In this document: in pieces, positions 10,775 to 19,596 of the stretch
Layout: every line of letters begins with the position of its first letter
Position numbering within the stretch: the stretch's first letter is position 1
Source: Kiritimatiellia bacterium
Lineage (GTDB): Bacteria > Verrucomicrobiota > Kiritimatiellia > JAAZAB01
Assembly (NCBI GenBank): GCA_040767085.1
Contig: JAXGPF010000005.1
Coordinates: 1 to 64,000 of the forward strand
Reading direction: 5' to 3'
Length of the DNA stretch: 64,000 nt
The notes under the pieces: generated by a model
Seen by the model: the letters and a program-made list of their open reading frames with translations, nothing else
What the model was told of the DNA's origin: nothing
Databases searched by the model: none
Program-made: the position numbers and the translations under genes

Positions 10775-11473
10775 TCATCTTTTGCACAAATATGTCCCGA
10801 TGGCGCCTTCTGCCATCTCTTTGGACAGAACCCGGAAGCCGGCTCTTTGAAGCAGGCCGTCCAGAATCCAGTCGAAGGTCGAAAACTCCTCCCGGACATG
10901 CGTTGCAATTTCATCGCGAAGCTGCGCCCCGCCCATTCCGCCCAGCTTATCTATCCAGCGCGCGATGTTGGTCTCGACGTCAACCGGATCGAAGATCACG
11001 TCGTGGATGTACAAAAGCCCGCCGGGCTTGAGCAGGCCGTGCATCCGCGCCAGGGCTATGCCCTTCCAGAAATCCGGCAAATGGTGGAGGGCCATGCTGG
11101 TTACAATCGCATCTGCCGGAGCGCCTTTATGCTCGTACGTCAGGAAACCAGCGTGGCAACAGACGATGTTCTTGAGCCCCGTATTTTCCGCCCGCTGCCG
11201 GAGATATTCCAGCATGGGTTGGGAAACATCCACGGCGTAAACGCCGGCACAGCGCTGCGCCGCATGGACGGCAAAAGCGCCGGTGCCCGCGCCGAATTCT
11301 ATCACGACCGACTGCGGCGTGACGGCCAGCGCATCAAGGATGCGGATGCATTCGGCCGGCGCGTCGCGAAACCGGGCATGGCGGGCATCGTAGGCGGCAA
11401 CCGCCGCGGTATCCGCATAATCCACGCCGACCTGCCGGTATTCATCATATTGCCATGTTGTCCGCATGTTCAT
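10775..11473 (-). CDS. Class I SAM-dependent methyltransferase
   Basis: VIEFGAGTG, AVDVSQPML, ALHHLPD and LKPGGLLYIHD. Confidence 0.9.
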   Translation of the reverse strand: MNMRTTWQYDEYRQVGVDYADTAAVAAYDARHARFRDAPAECIRILDALAVTPQSVVIEFGAGTGAFAVHAAQRCAGVYAVDVSQPMLEYLRQRAENTGLKNIVCCHAGFLTYEHKGAPADAIVTSMALHHLPDFWKGIALARMHGLLKPGGLLYIHDVIFDPVDVETNIARWIDKLGGMGGAQLRDEIATHVREEFSTFDWILDGLLQRAGFRVLSKEMAEGAIGTYLCKR

Positions 11474-11476
11474 TTT

Positions 11477-12052
11477 CTAATCCAACTTGATCCCCGCATC
11501 CCTCCGGATGGATTCAATATCGAGGTCGGCGATCCAGGCTGGCAGATTCTGCCAGACTTCGTGGAAACCGAATCCGCCCTGGATCATCTCCCGGAGTGCT
11601 TCCTCTTTCGTCCAGCCCTGGACGGCGACACGGTACAGCGCGCACATGGCGCCGGTTCGATCGGCGCCATGTTGACAGTGGACGAGGACGGGGGTGCGTT
11701 TGGGGTCGGTGACAATCTGAAGAAACCGGACAATCTCCTTCCGTTCCGGGTGCCACGCCTTCATGTAGATGTGTTCGTATCCCAGTCCTGTCGCGCCGAT
11801 TTCGTCCCGATCGGAGTGAAAAGACCGGAGATTCACGATCGTCAAAACGCCCTGCTGCTTGAGGTTCCGCATGCCCTGCGCGGTGGGCTGGGCGCTGCGG
11901 TAGAGGCTGGCGCTGACTGCATGCAGGTTGGAAACGCCCTCCAGCGTCAAGGGTTGCGCCCATGCTGCCGGCCGGCCGGCAGGCACCTCCCCGGCCATTG
12001 TGGCGCTCGCGAGCATGAATCCTAACCAGATGTTTTCTAAGATCAGGGTCAC
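11477..12052 (-). CDS. Dual-specificity/protein-tyrosine phosphatase family protein, probably secreted; 5' end overlaps the transposon inverted repeat
   Basis: LYRSAQP, IVNLR and the P-loop VLVHCQHGADRTG (CX5R). Confidence 0.88.
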   Translation of the reverse strand: MTLILENIWLGFMLASATMAGEVPAGRPAAWAQPLTLEGVSNLHAVSASLYRSAQPTAQGMRNLKQQGVLTIVNLRSFHSDRDEIGATGLGYEHIYMKAWHPERKEIVRFLQIVTDPKRTPVLVHCQHGADRTGAMCALYRVAVQGWTKEEALREMIQGGFGFHEVWQNLPAWIADLDIESIRRDAGIKLD

Positions 12053-13212
12053 ACCTAAATTTAAAACTTAATTTTCACTCCTGGCCCCACATTGGTTGCC
12101 GGTTGCAGCATGCGATCTACTTCCGCAACCATGCCTTTCAGTTGCCGGTCAGATCCTAACAATCCAGCCATCTTCCTCAACTGGCGGCCCACCGCAGCGC
12201 CGCTCCCCATCCCCAACACCGCCGCCGCCTCGCGTTGCGTTAATCCGGCATGCTTGCAGAGACATCGCGCCGCCACCCCGCGCAATACCGAATTCCGCCG
12301 ACGCTGGCGGAAACATTCCTCCTGCGTTTCAAACACTTTCGATAAAACTGCCAAAACCGTCGTTTTATCCACAGCATTTCTGATATTCCTAAAACGAGCA
12401 TCTTTCGGCTGCCGGCTTTCCGCCACTCGCTTTTGATACAGCCCGTCCACCCACGCGCAGAATCTTTCGCCGCCTATGCCGTGCGGCGACGCTTTCAGCG
12501 CCGCCATCATACGTTCATCCCCTGTCGAACAGCCCACCTCAACAAATTTCCGGTAACGTCCAGCACAAAGACGACGATTTGCGCTCATCTCCGTCAAAAT
12601 CGGTTCATATTCCACAAATTTAAACGCATTGGCCTTACCGACATAACCCGGATAGCTGCTCCATGGATACGCCCGCAGATATCGCAACCGATCCGCCACT
12701 GACTTCTTTCGCAGCGCCCCAACCCGCACCGGATTCAAGTGGACATACCGTGAAAGCGCCAGTAGATAAGCATCGCCATCAACCAGTTTCGCCTTATAAC
12801 GGCCATCAAACAAATGCCCATGCCGATGGTGGCGCAAGTTGAAATAAACCGTGTAGGCCGTCAAAAGCGACTGCATGAATCTTGAGCAATTCCCGGCCGG
12901 GGTCTCGAACACCAAGTGAACATGGTTAACCATCAAAACAAACACATACAGCCGGATGTTGTACTCCTCCACACGCGTCGCTAGACGTTCCAGGAAACGC
13001 GTGCGATCCGCATCATCGAGGAACAGGCGGTTATGCAGCAGCCAACTTGAGTCGCCATCGGTTCCCGGCGCAGGTGTCTCTCCCAGCATCCGGGCCATAA
13101 CGTGGTAAATGGCCCCTTTAAATTCAATCCTTAATTGTCGTGCCATACACTCAATACTGCATATTTTTGCGAATTTTCGAAATATATTATCTTTTAAATT
13201 TAGGTGTGACCC
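12046..13212 (-). mobile_element. 1167-bp Y1/RAYT-like element bounded by perfect 21-bp inverted repeats
   Basis: GGGTCACACCTAAATTTAAAA (12046-12066) is the exact reverse complement of TTTTAAATTTAGGTGTGACCC (13192-13212); no flanking direct repeat. Confidence 0.85.
12061..13146 (-). CDS. HUH/Y1 (REP-associated tyrosine-type) transposase with C-terminal HTH
   Basis: MARQLRIEFKGAIYHV, HUH motif VLMVNHVHL, GHLFDGRYK, RYVHLNPVR, YPWSSY; C-terminal GLTQREAAAVLG HTH. Confidence 0.9.
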   Translation of the reverse strand: MARQLRIEFKGAIYHVMARMLGETPAPGTDGDSSWLLHNRLFLDDADRTRFLERLATRVEEYNIRLYVFVLMVNHVHLVFETPAGNCSRFMQSLLTAYTVYFNLRHHRHGHLFDGRYKAKLVDGDAYLLALSRYVHLNPVRVGALRKKSVADRLRYLRAYPWSSYPGYVGKANAFKFVEYEPILTEMSANRRLCAGRYRKFVEVGCSTGDERMMAALKASPHGIGGERFCAWVDGLYQKRVAESRQPKDARFRNIRNAVDKTTVLAVLSKVFETQEECFRQRRRNSVLRGVAARCLCKHAGLTQREAAAVLGMGSGAAVGRQLRKMAGLLGSDRQLKGMVAEVDRMLQPATNVGPGVKIKF

Positions 13213-15127
13213 CGGATGTAGCTGTAACCCGCGAAAGCATGGCCTGCCCGTCCAGGCGTAGCGCGCCATCCATGGGATAATCCACCGCGAACCAGATGCT
13301 GTATGCCCCGGGCGGCAGCGCCATGTCCTGCACGAGGATGATCGGCGCCAAATTTCGCAAAGCCCCCTGGAATGCCGGACGGCAGTTGGCCGGGTTGCCG
13401 TCAAACGGCGTCCAGGCCAGCCGATCGTTGCAATAAAACCAGAGCCCGGCATCATGCGCATACGCCGCCACCCACCAGTCCACCTGTATGCCGGCATAGG
13501 GTTCGACATGCAGCATGCTCACGGCCAGCGTCAAGGGATCGCCGGCGCCCAGGCAAACACCATCCCCGGCCAAGCCATTAACCGTGACCAGCGGCCCGAC
13601 CGGCGCCAGCGTATCCAGGCGCAAGGCGCAGGCGGTGGCGGCAGGAGCAACGACGGACAGGAAGTAAGTGCCGGTCGCCGGGCATACCCAGTCCAGTTGG
13701 TTCATACTCCAATTGGGCGCGCCGGAATTGGCCGCCGGCGCCAGGCCCAACGACACATCGGCCGCGGCGCAATCGGCGGTGACGCGGTAATAGACGCCGG
13801 CACGAGCGGCCAGGGCGAACCGTTGCACGGCGTCGGGAGCCAGGTTGACGTTGGTCGCGGCGCCCGGCGAAAGCACCGGCATTCTCGGATATCCCAGCGC
13901 CTCGGTTGCGCTGATCGCCGCCGCCAGCAAAGCCTGACCGCATTGGGTAAATGAATCCGGCCCGGACTCATCCCAAAACGGCAGGCAAACCGTCACCGAC
14001 ACCTCCGTATCGGGATTGTAGGCCATCAGCGAAAGATATCCCAGGGTAGCGCCGGTATGGCCGAATCCTATGTCCAGCATGTACGCGCAGCCGCAGCCGT
14101 AATTGGCGTTGTGGGGCGCCGTGTTGGTTTGCATGAAACGGACCATCTGCGCATCGAGGATGTTTTCGCCCCGCATCATGGTGCGGATGTAGCGGTTGAG
14201 CGCGGCCAGGGTGCCGTAGCCATTGCCCTCGGCGACATTCGCGCTGATGTTGGCGTTGGAAGTGATCAGCGTCGCCCCGCCGGGCCGATATTGGACTCCC
14301 GGCACGAACGGCGCCGGCAAGGCCGTGTCCGCGGCCAGGCATGGAAAGCGTATGGCGGCCAAAGGCACAGTGGCATTCCCGCCAACTACTTGCTCGTGCA
14401 GATAATCGGAATAAGTTTTGGGCGCGCCGCAATAAAGCGAATAAACCCGGGCGATGATTTCACCAAGGATGGTGTAACCGGTATCGCTGTAATGATAATT
14501 CCGGTCCGGGGCGAAAAACTCCAGGCGGTGCAGGGCAACCTGCCCGACCAGCTCGGCGGCGGTAAACTGGTGTTCCGGCTCCAGGTCCAGGCGGTATGTG
14601 ACGTAGGGATCGCCGCCGCAGCCTGGGACGGGATCGTTATCCACATCATAGACGCCGGCGCTGTGCCGGAGCAGTTGCGCGATGGTGATCTCGTTCTTGT
14701 GCGGGATGTTCCAGTTGGTGTCGGCGGGGAGGTAAGGGATGCTGCTGCCAGGAATACTGTTCGTGATTTTGGCATGGATGTCCAGCAGGCCCTGGCGCTG
14801 CAGGCGCAGGATGGCCGCGGCGGTGAAATTCTTGGTATTGCTGGCAAACCGGAAAGTGGTGTCGGGAGTCAGAGCCTGATCCGGGGCAGCCGCCGAGGAG
14901 GCGAAAAAAGTCTCATTGGAAGTTTCCAGGAATACGCTCAGCGACGGCACGGGAACGCCCAAGGCAGTTTCCAGGCCCAGGCGCACGGCATGCACCGCGT
15001 TGCTGACTTTTTCCGCCGGCGCGGGCGTGGCCGCGCGCGCGCCGCCGCAGACGCACCCAACCGCCGCCAGCGCCGCCACATAATGCGAGGCACGACAAAA
15101 GCAGATTCCCCTGGCAATCCAATGCAT
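13187..15127 (-). CDS. Secreted serine hydrolase (beta-lactamase/D-Ala-D-Ala peptidase fold) with extra C-terminal domains
   Basis: FRFASNTK (SxxK), LLRHSAG, YHYSDTGY and FGHTG; the 3' end runs into the transposon inverted repeat. Confidence 0.85.
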   Translation of the reverse strand: MHWIARGICFCRASHYVAALAAVGCVCGGARAATPAPAEKVSNAVHAVRLGLETALGVPVPSLSVFLETSNETFFASSAAAPDQALTPDTTFRFASNTKNFTAAAILRLQRQGLLDIHAKITNSIPGSSIPYLPADTNWNIPHKNEITIAQLLRHSAGVYDVDNDPVPGCGGDPYVTYRLDLEPEHQFTAAELVGQVALHRLEFFAPDRNYHYSDTGYTILGEIIARVYSLYCGAPKTYSDYLHEQVVGGNATVPLAAIRFPCLAADTALPAPFVPGVQYRPGGATLITSNANISANVAEGNGYGTLAALNRYIRTMMRGENILDAQMVRFMQTNTAPHNANYGCGCAYMLDIGFGHTGATLGYLSLMAYNPDTEVSVTVCLPFWDESGPDSFTQCGQALLAAAISATEALGYPRMPVLSPGAATNVNLAPDAVQRFALAARAGVYYRVTADCAAADVSLGLAPAANSGAPNWSMNQLDWVCPATGTYFLSVVAPAATACALRLDTLAPVGPLVTVNGLAGDGVCLGAGDPLTLAVSMLHVEPYAGIQVDWWVAAYAHDAGLWFYCNDRLAWTPFDGNPANCRPAFQGALRNLAPIILVQDMALPPGAYSIWFAVDYPMDGALRLDGQAMLSRVTATSGVTPKFKR

Positions 15128-15286
15128 TTGATTGACTCCTTGATTTTGTATCGGTTTTCAGCGGGGATGCTGACACATCCGCCGGGGCGTGTCAAATAAA
15201 ACCGCCGCAATTCGGGATTGACAGCCGGCAAATTTTGGCAAACAATGCGTCTGTTTTGTCACGGGAAATCCGCAGTCGTTGATGCC

Positions 15287-16444
15287 ATGAAAATTATTTG
15301 CGCCACCAGCATGCCGTTCGCGCGCGAGGCTTTCGGCCGGCTGGGCCACGTAGAAATCCTGCCGCCCCGCGAAATCACGTCCGCGCGCGTGCGCGACGCA
15401 GATATCCTGGCCGCGCGCTCCACCCTGCGCGTGAACCGCGCACTGCTGGAGGGCAGCCGCGTGCGGTTCGTGGGAACCGCCACGATCGGCACCGACCACC
15501 TGGACATCCCCTGGCTGGAGCAGGCTGGTATCCGCTGGTGTTCCGCCGCCGGGTGCAACGCCAACAGCGTGGCGGAATATGTGGCGGCGGCGCTTTTGCG
15601 CCTGGCCGCCCGCCATGATTTCACCCTGGCCGGCAAAACCATGGCCGTGATCGGCGTGGGCAATGTCGGCCGCCTGGTTGTCCGCAAAATGAGCGCCCTG
15701 GGGCTCCGCGTCCTGCAGAACGACCCGCCCCGGCGCGACGCCGAAAACGACCCGGTCTTCCAGCCGCTGGACGCCGTTCTGCGCGAGGCGGATGTCGCCA
15801 CCCTGCACGTGCCGCTGACCGGCGACGGCCCTTATCCCACCCGCCGCATGGCAAATGCCGCGTTTTTCAAGATGCTCAAACCGGGTGCGATTTTCATCAA
15901 TGCCGCCCGCGGCGGCGTGCAGAATTCGGACGCGCTCCTGGCCGCCATGGACCGCGGCCGGGTGGCGCATGCCATCCTGGACACCTGGGAAGGCGAGCCG
16001 GCATTCCGTCCCGACGTTCTGCATCGCGCCGCTTTCGGCACCCCGCACATTGCCGGGTACTCCTACGAGGGCAAGATCATGGGGACGGTGATGGTTTACC
16101 GCGAACTCTGCCGTTTCCTGAACGTCGAGCCGGACTGGGATTATGAAGCGCTGCTGCCGCCGCCCGCGGTGCCGGAAATCTCCCTGGAGCCGCCGCCGCG
16201 CGGCACTCCGTCCGAGCGGCTGCTGGACCAGGCAGTGCGGCGGTTATACGATATCGAGCAGGACGATGCCAACCTGCGCCGGATTGCCGGCCTGGACGAC
16301 CAGGCGCGCGGGCGCGCATTTGAGGAGTTGCGCCAGAAATATCCCATGCGCCGGGAATTCCGGTACACGCGCATCGCCGGCCCCGGTTTGCCGGCCGATT
16401 TGCTGCGGCAATTGTCCGCGCTGGGATTCCGCTGCCACGGCTGA
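15287..16444 (+). CDS. pdxB: Erythronate-4-phosphate dehydrogenase
   Basis: FVGTATIGTDH, GCNANSVAEYV, GVGNVG, LHVPLT, INAARG, LDTWEGEP, TPHIAGYS and YPMRRE. Confidence 0.93.
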   Translation: MKIICATSMPFAREAFGRLGHVEILPPREITSARVRDADILAARSTLRVNRALLEGSRVRFVGTATIGTDHLDIPWLEQAGIRWCSAAGCNANSVAEYVAAALLRLAARHDFTLAGKTMAVIGVGNVGRLVVRKMSALGLRVLQNDPPRRDAENDPVFQPLDAVLREADVATLHVPLTGDGPYPTRRMANAAFFKMLKPGAIFINAARGGVQNSDALLAAMDRGRVAHAILDTWEGEPAFRPDVLHRAAFGTPHIAGYSYEGKIMGTVMVYRELCRFLNVEPDWDYEALLPPPAVPEISLEPPPRGTPSERLLDQAVRRLYDIEQDDANLRRIAGLDDQARGRAFEELRQKYPMRREFRYTRIAGPGLPADLLRQLSALGFRCHG

Positions 16445-16492
16445 CCCGTCCGCCCCGCATCCGTCATGCCCGGGGCGGATAGCTGACTTCCC

Positions 16493-17689
16493 ATGCATGA
16501 ACCCATCCACAACCTGTCATTGGAGCAGTTGGAATCGGCCTGTTGCGAACTGGGTCAGCCGGCCTGGCGCGCGGCGCAAATCTGGCATTGGCTGTATGTC
16601 CGCCGGGCCGGCGCTTGGGATGAAATGCGCAACCTGCCGCGCTGCCTGCGGGAACAACTGGCCGGCCGCTTCCTCTATGCCGCCGTCCAGCCGGAACAAC
16701 AGGCCGAAGAAGCGGCGGCCGGCGCCGGCGCAGCCACACATAAGATCGGCAGCACGCTGGCGGATGGCGAAGTCATTGAAACCGTCCTGATTCCCGCGCC
16801 GGGGCGGGGCGGTGCCGGGCGCCAGACTGTCTGCGTATCCAGCCAGGCCGGGTGCAAGTTTCATTGCGCCTTCTGCGCCAGCGGCCAGGCGGGATTCACC
16901 CGCAACCTGTCCGTGGCGGAGATGGTGGAGCAGGTCCTGGTATGCGCCCGCCGCCTGAACGCGCCGCCGACGCACGTAGTTTTCATGGGCATCGGCGAGC
17001 CGTTGGATAATTACGACAATGTGTTGGCGGCCATCCGCATCCTCAACCATCCCGACGGGCTGCGGATCGGCGCCCGGCGGATCACCATCAGCACCTGCGG
17101 CATCATACCCGGCATTCAGCGCCTGGCCCGCGAGGGACTGCAGACGGAACTCTCCGTATCGCTGCACGCCCCGACCGACGACCTGCGTTCGCAACTCATG
17201 CCGGTCAACCGCCGCTACGGCCTGGCGCCGCTGCTGGCGGCCTGCCGCGAATATGCCAGCCACACCGGCCGGATCATCACTTTTGAATACACGCTGATTG
17301 ACAGGCTCAACGCCGCTCCGGAGCAGGCGCGCGCTCTGGGGAAACTGCTGCACGGCTGCCATTGCCGCGTCAACCTGATCCCGCTGAGCCCGGTGGCGGA
17401 GTTTGCCGGGCAGCCGCCGTCCCCGTCGGCCGCCCGGGAATTCATCCGCATACTCGAGCAGGCCGGGATCAATGCCACGCTGCGCGCATCGCGCGGCGCC
17501 GGCATAAACGCCGCCTGCGGGCAATTGCGCTTCACCCGCCGGGGTGTAGGACAAATTAGTTGGGGTAGTGCGGTGGTAGGGGTACGTAGCGAATTCCGTT
17601 CGAAAAGCACGGCGGCGATTTTGGGGCGTCTGTCCGCTACGCGGCCCCTGCGGGCGGGTTTGCCGGGAGCGGGGCAATCACCAGATTAG
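16493..17689 (+). CDS. rlmN: 23S rRNA (adenine2503-C2)-methyltransferase with an atypical C-terminal extension
   Basis: VSSQAGCKFHCAFC radical SAM motif, VFMGIGEP, SLHAP, FEY and AACGQL; the tail after ACGQL reads into a non-coding element. Confidence 0.93.
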   Translation: MHEPIHNLSLEQLESACCELGQPAWRAAQIWHWLYVRRAGAWDEMRNLPRCLREQLAGRFLYAAVQPEQQAEEAAAGAGAATHKIGSTLADGEVIETVLIPAPGRGGAGRQTVCVSSQAGCKFHCAFCASGQAGFTRNLSVAEMVEQVLVCARRLNAPPTHVVFMGIGEPLDNYDNVLAAIRILNHPDGLRIGARRITISTCGIIPGIQRLAREGLQTELSVSLHAPTDDLRSQLMPVNRRYGLAPLLAACREYASHTGRIITFEYTLIDRLNAAPEQARALGKLLHGCHCRVNLIPLSPVAEFAGQPPSPSAAREFIRILEQAGINATLRASRGAGINAACGQLRFTRRGVGQISWGSAVVGVRSEFRSKSTAAILGRLSATRPLRAGLPGAGQSPD

Positions 17690-17821
17690 CCCCGCCCACC
17701 GGCGCACCCGCATCCACCCCAAACTTGCCTTGTCTTTTCGAACCCCTCGACAAGCTCGGGGAGCGGAATTCGCAACGCGGTGGCCCAATTTCGGCCAGGA
17801 TGGTGTAACCTGGCCGAAATT
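17545..17821. repeat. Highly self-complementary MITE/REP-like element
   Basis: GCGAATTCCGTTCGAAAAG (17589-17607) is complementary to CTTTTCGAAC+GGAATTCGC (17734-17773); several internal hairpins; perfect 13-bp hairpin at 17787-17821. Confidence 0.65.
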
Positions 17822-17985
17822 ACCGGAATTTACAGGGTTGTATCTATCGCGGAATCATAAATCACACTGAAATCCTCCGTGAAATTAAAGTTTATTCTAA
17901 TCACCAACAAATTTGTCGTACACCCCCCGCCGCGGCCGGAAAACCGGCGTGACACCGCGCAACCGGCATGGTAAAATATTCCACC

Positions 17986-19596
17986 ATGAACCATTGCCTT
18001 GCCAGTGTTTACCCCGAGGCGGCCGGCGAATTGCCCCCGGCCGCCGATCCGGCGGAACTGCCCGCCTACCTGACCGACGAATCGCGCCTGGCCGGACGCG
18101 CCGAAAAGATTTTTCTGCCGCGCAGCGAAGCCGAAATCCTGGCGCTGCTGCGCCGGGAGGATGCAGCGCCCTTGACAATTTCCGGCGGCCGGACCGGCAT
18201 TACCGGCGGCGCCGTGCCGCGGAACGGCTGGCTGGTCAGCCTGGAAAACCTGCGCGCCTTCGCCGGCCTGCGGCGCGACCCGGAGCAACCCGGCTGTTTC
18301 CGCCTGCGCTGTCAACCCGGCGTGACCCTGGCCGGCATCGTCGAGGCCTTGGAAACCGGTCATTTCCCGGGCGCGGAAACCTGGCTGGAATCCGACCGCC
18401 AGGCGTTGGCGGAACTCCGCCAGGGGCCGCCCTGTTTCTTCCCGCCCGATCCCACGGAACGCACCGCCAGCCTGGGCGGCATGGTTGCCTGCAACGCCTC
18501 CGGTGCGCGCACCCTGGCTTACGGCCCCACGCGGCGTTATATCACCGGCCTGCGCCTGGCATTGCCGGGCGGCGCCTTGCTGGCCATCCGGCGCGGCGAA
18601 CATTGCGCCGCGCCGGACGGCGGCTTCCAGTTGGCGGCCCCTGACGGCCAGGTCCGCCGCGGCCGCATTCCGGGATACCGTATGCCGGATGTCAAAAACG
18701 CCGCCGGGTATTACAGCGCGCCGGGGATGGACTTGATTGACTTATTCATCGGCGCCGAAGGCACGCTGGGCATTTTCACGGAAATCGAAATCCTGCTGGT
18801 TCCCGCCCCGGAAGCCCTGCTGGGCGCTGTGGCCTTCTTCACTGACGAACAGCGCGCGGTCGGATTCGTGCAGGCTGCCCGCGCGGCCGCCTGGTCCGGC
18901 AGCCGGCTGCTGGCGCTGGAATACTTCGATGCGCGCGCCCTGGACCTGCTGCGCGAACAGAAACAACGGCAGGGCGCCGGCAGCCCCATTCCCGCGTTGC
19001 CGGGCAATGCCGCCACCGCCGTTTATATTGAAATCGCCACCGCACCCGGCGCCATGGAAGAAACGGCCGAAGCCTTGCTGGCCATGCTGGAAGCCGCTGA
19101 CAGCGATCCCGACAGCGCCTGGACCGCCATGGACGACGATGAATCCATCCGGCTGAAAAACTTCCGGCATGCGCTGCCCGAAGCCGTCAACCAACACATC
19201 GGCGAACGCGCCGCAAAATATCCCGGCCTGACGAAACTGGGCACGGACTTCGCCGTGCCGGATGCGGCGCTGTCGGCAATCCTGCCGGTTTACCATAACG
19301 CCTTGCAGGGGGCGGGCTTCGAATACGTGATTTTCGGCCACATCGGCAACAATCACCTGCATATCAATATTCTGCCGCGCGATCTGGAAGAGTATCGGCG
19401 GGGCAAGGAACTGTACCTGCAGCTGGCGCGCGCCGCCCTGGACCATGGCGGCACGATTTCCGCGGAACATGGCGTCGGCAAACTTAAAACCAACCTGTTG
19501 GGGATGATGTTCGGCGCCGACGGCATTGAGGCCATGCGCGCGGTCAAACGCGTCTTCGATCCCGGCGGCCAGATCAATCCCGGTAACATGTTTTGA
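17986..19596 (+). CDS. FAD-binding oxidoreductase (GlcD/D-lactate dehydrogenase family)
   Basis: GGRTGITGGAVP, PPDP, GGMVACNASG, IGAEGTLG, FGHIGNNHLH and SAEHGVG. Confidence 0.9.
   Translation: MNHCLASVYPEAAGELPPAADPAELPAYLTDESRLAGRAEKIFLPRSEAEILALLRREDAAPLTISGGRTGITGGAVPRNGWLVSLENLRAFAGLRRDPEQPGCFRLRCQPGVTLAGIVEALETGHFPGAETWLESDRQALAELRQGPPCFFPPDPTERTASLGGMVACNASGARTLAYGPTRRYITGLRLALPGGALLAIRRGEHCAAPDGGFQLAAPDGQVRRGRIPGYRMPDVKNAAGYYSAPGMDLIDLFIGAEGTLGIFTEIEILLVPAPEALLGAVAFFTDEQRAVGFVQAARAAAWSGSRLLALEYFDARALDLLREQKQRQGAGSPIPALPGNAATAVYIEIATAPGAMEETAEALLAMLEAADSDPDSAWTAMDDDESIRLKNFRHALPEAVNQHIGERAAKYPGLTKLGTDFAVPDAALSAILPVYHNALQGAGFEYVIFGHIGNNHLHINILPRDLEEYRRGKELYLQLARAALDHGGTISAEHGVGKLKTNLLGMMFGADGIEAMRAVKRVFDPGGQINPGNMF

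Noticed and set aside
10736-12025. 429-aa plus-strand ORF
   Set aside because: Antisense to the methyltransferase and phosphatase genes
13147-13509. N-terminal 121 aa of the 482-aa ORF call
   Set aside because: Overlaps the serine hydrolase and crosses the IR; the transposase-like sequence begins at MARQLR (13146)
17798-17809. GGATGGTGTAAC identical to part of the tRNA-Gln 5' end
   Set aside because: Only 12 nt, no cloverleaf, and not the 3' portion usually duplicated at att sites; probably chance
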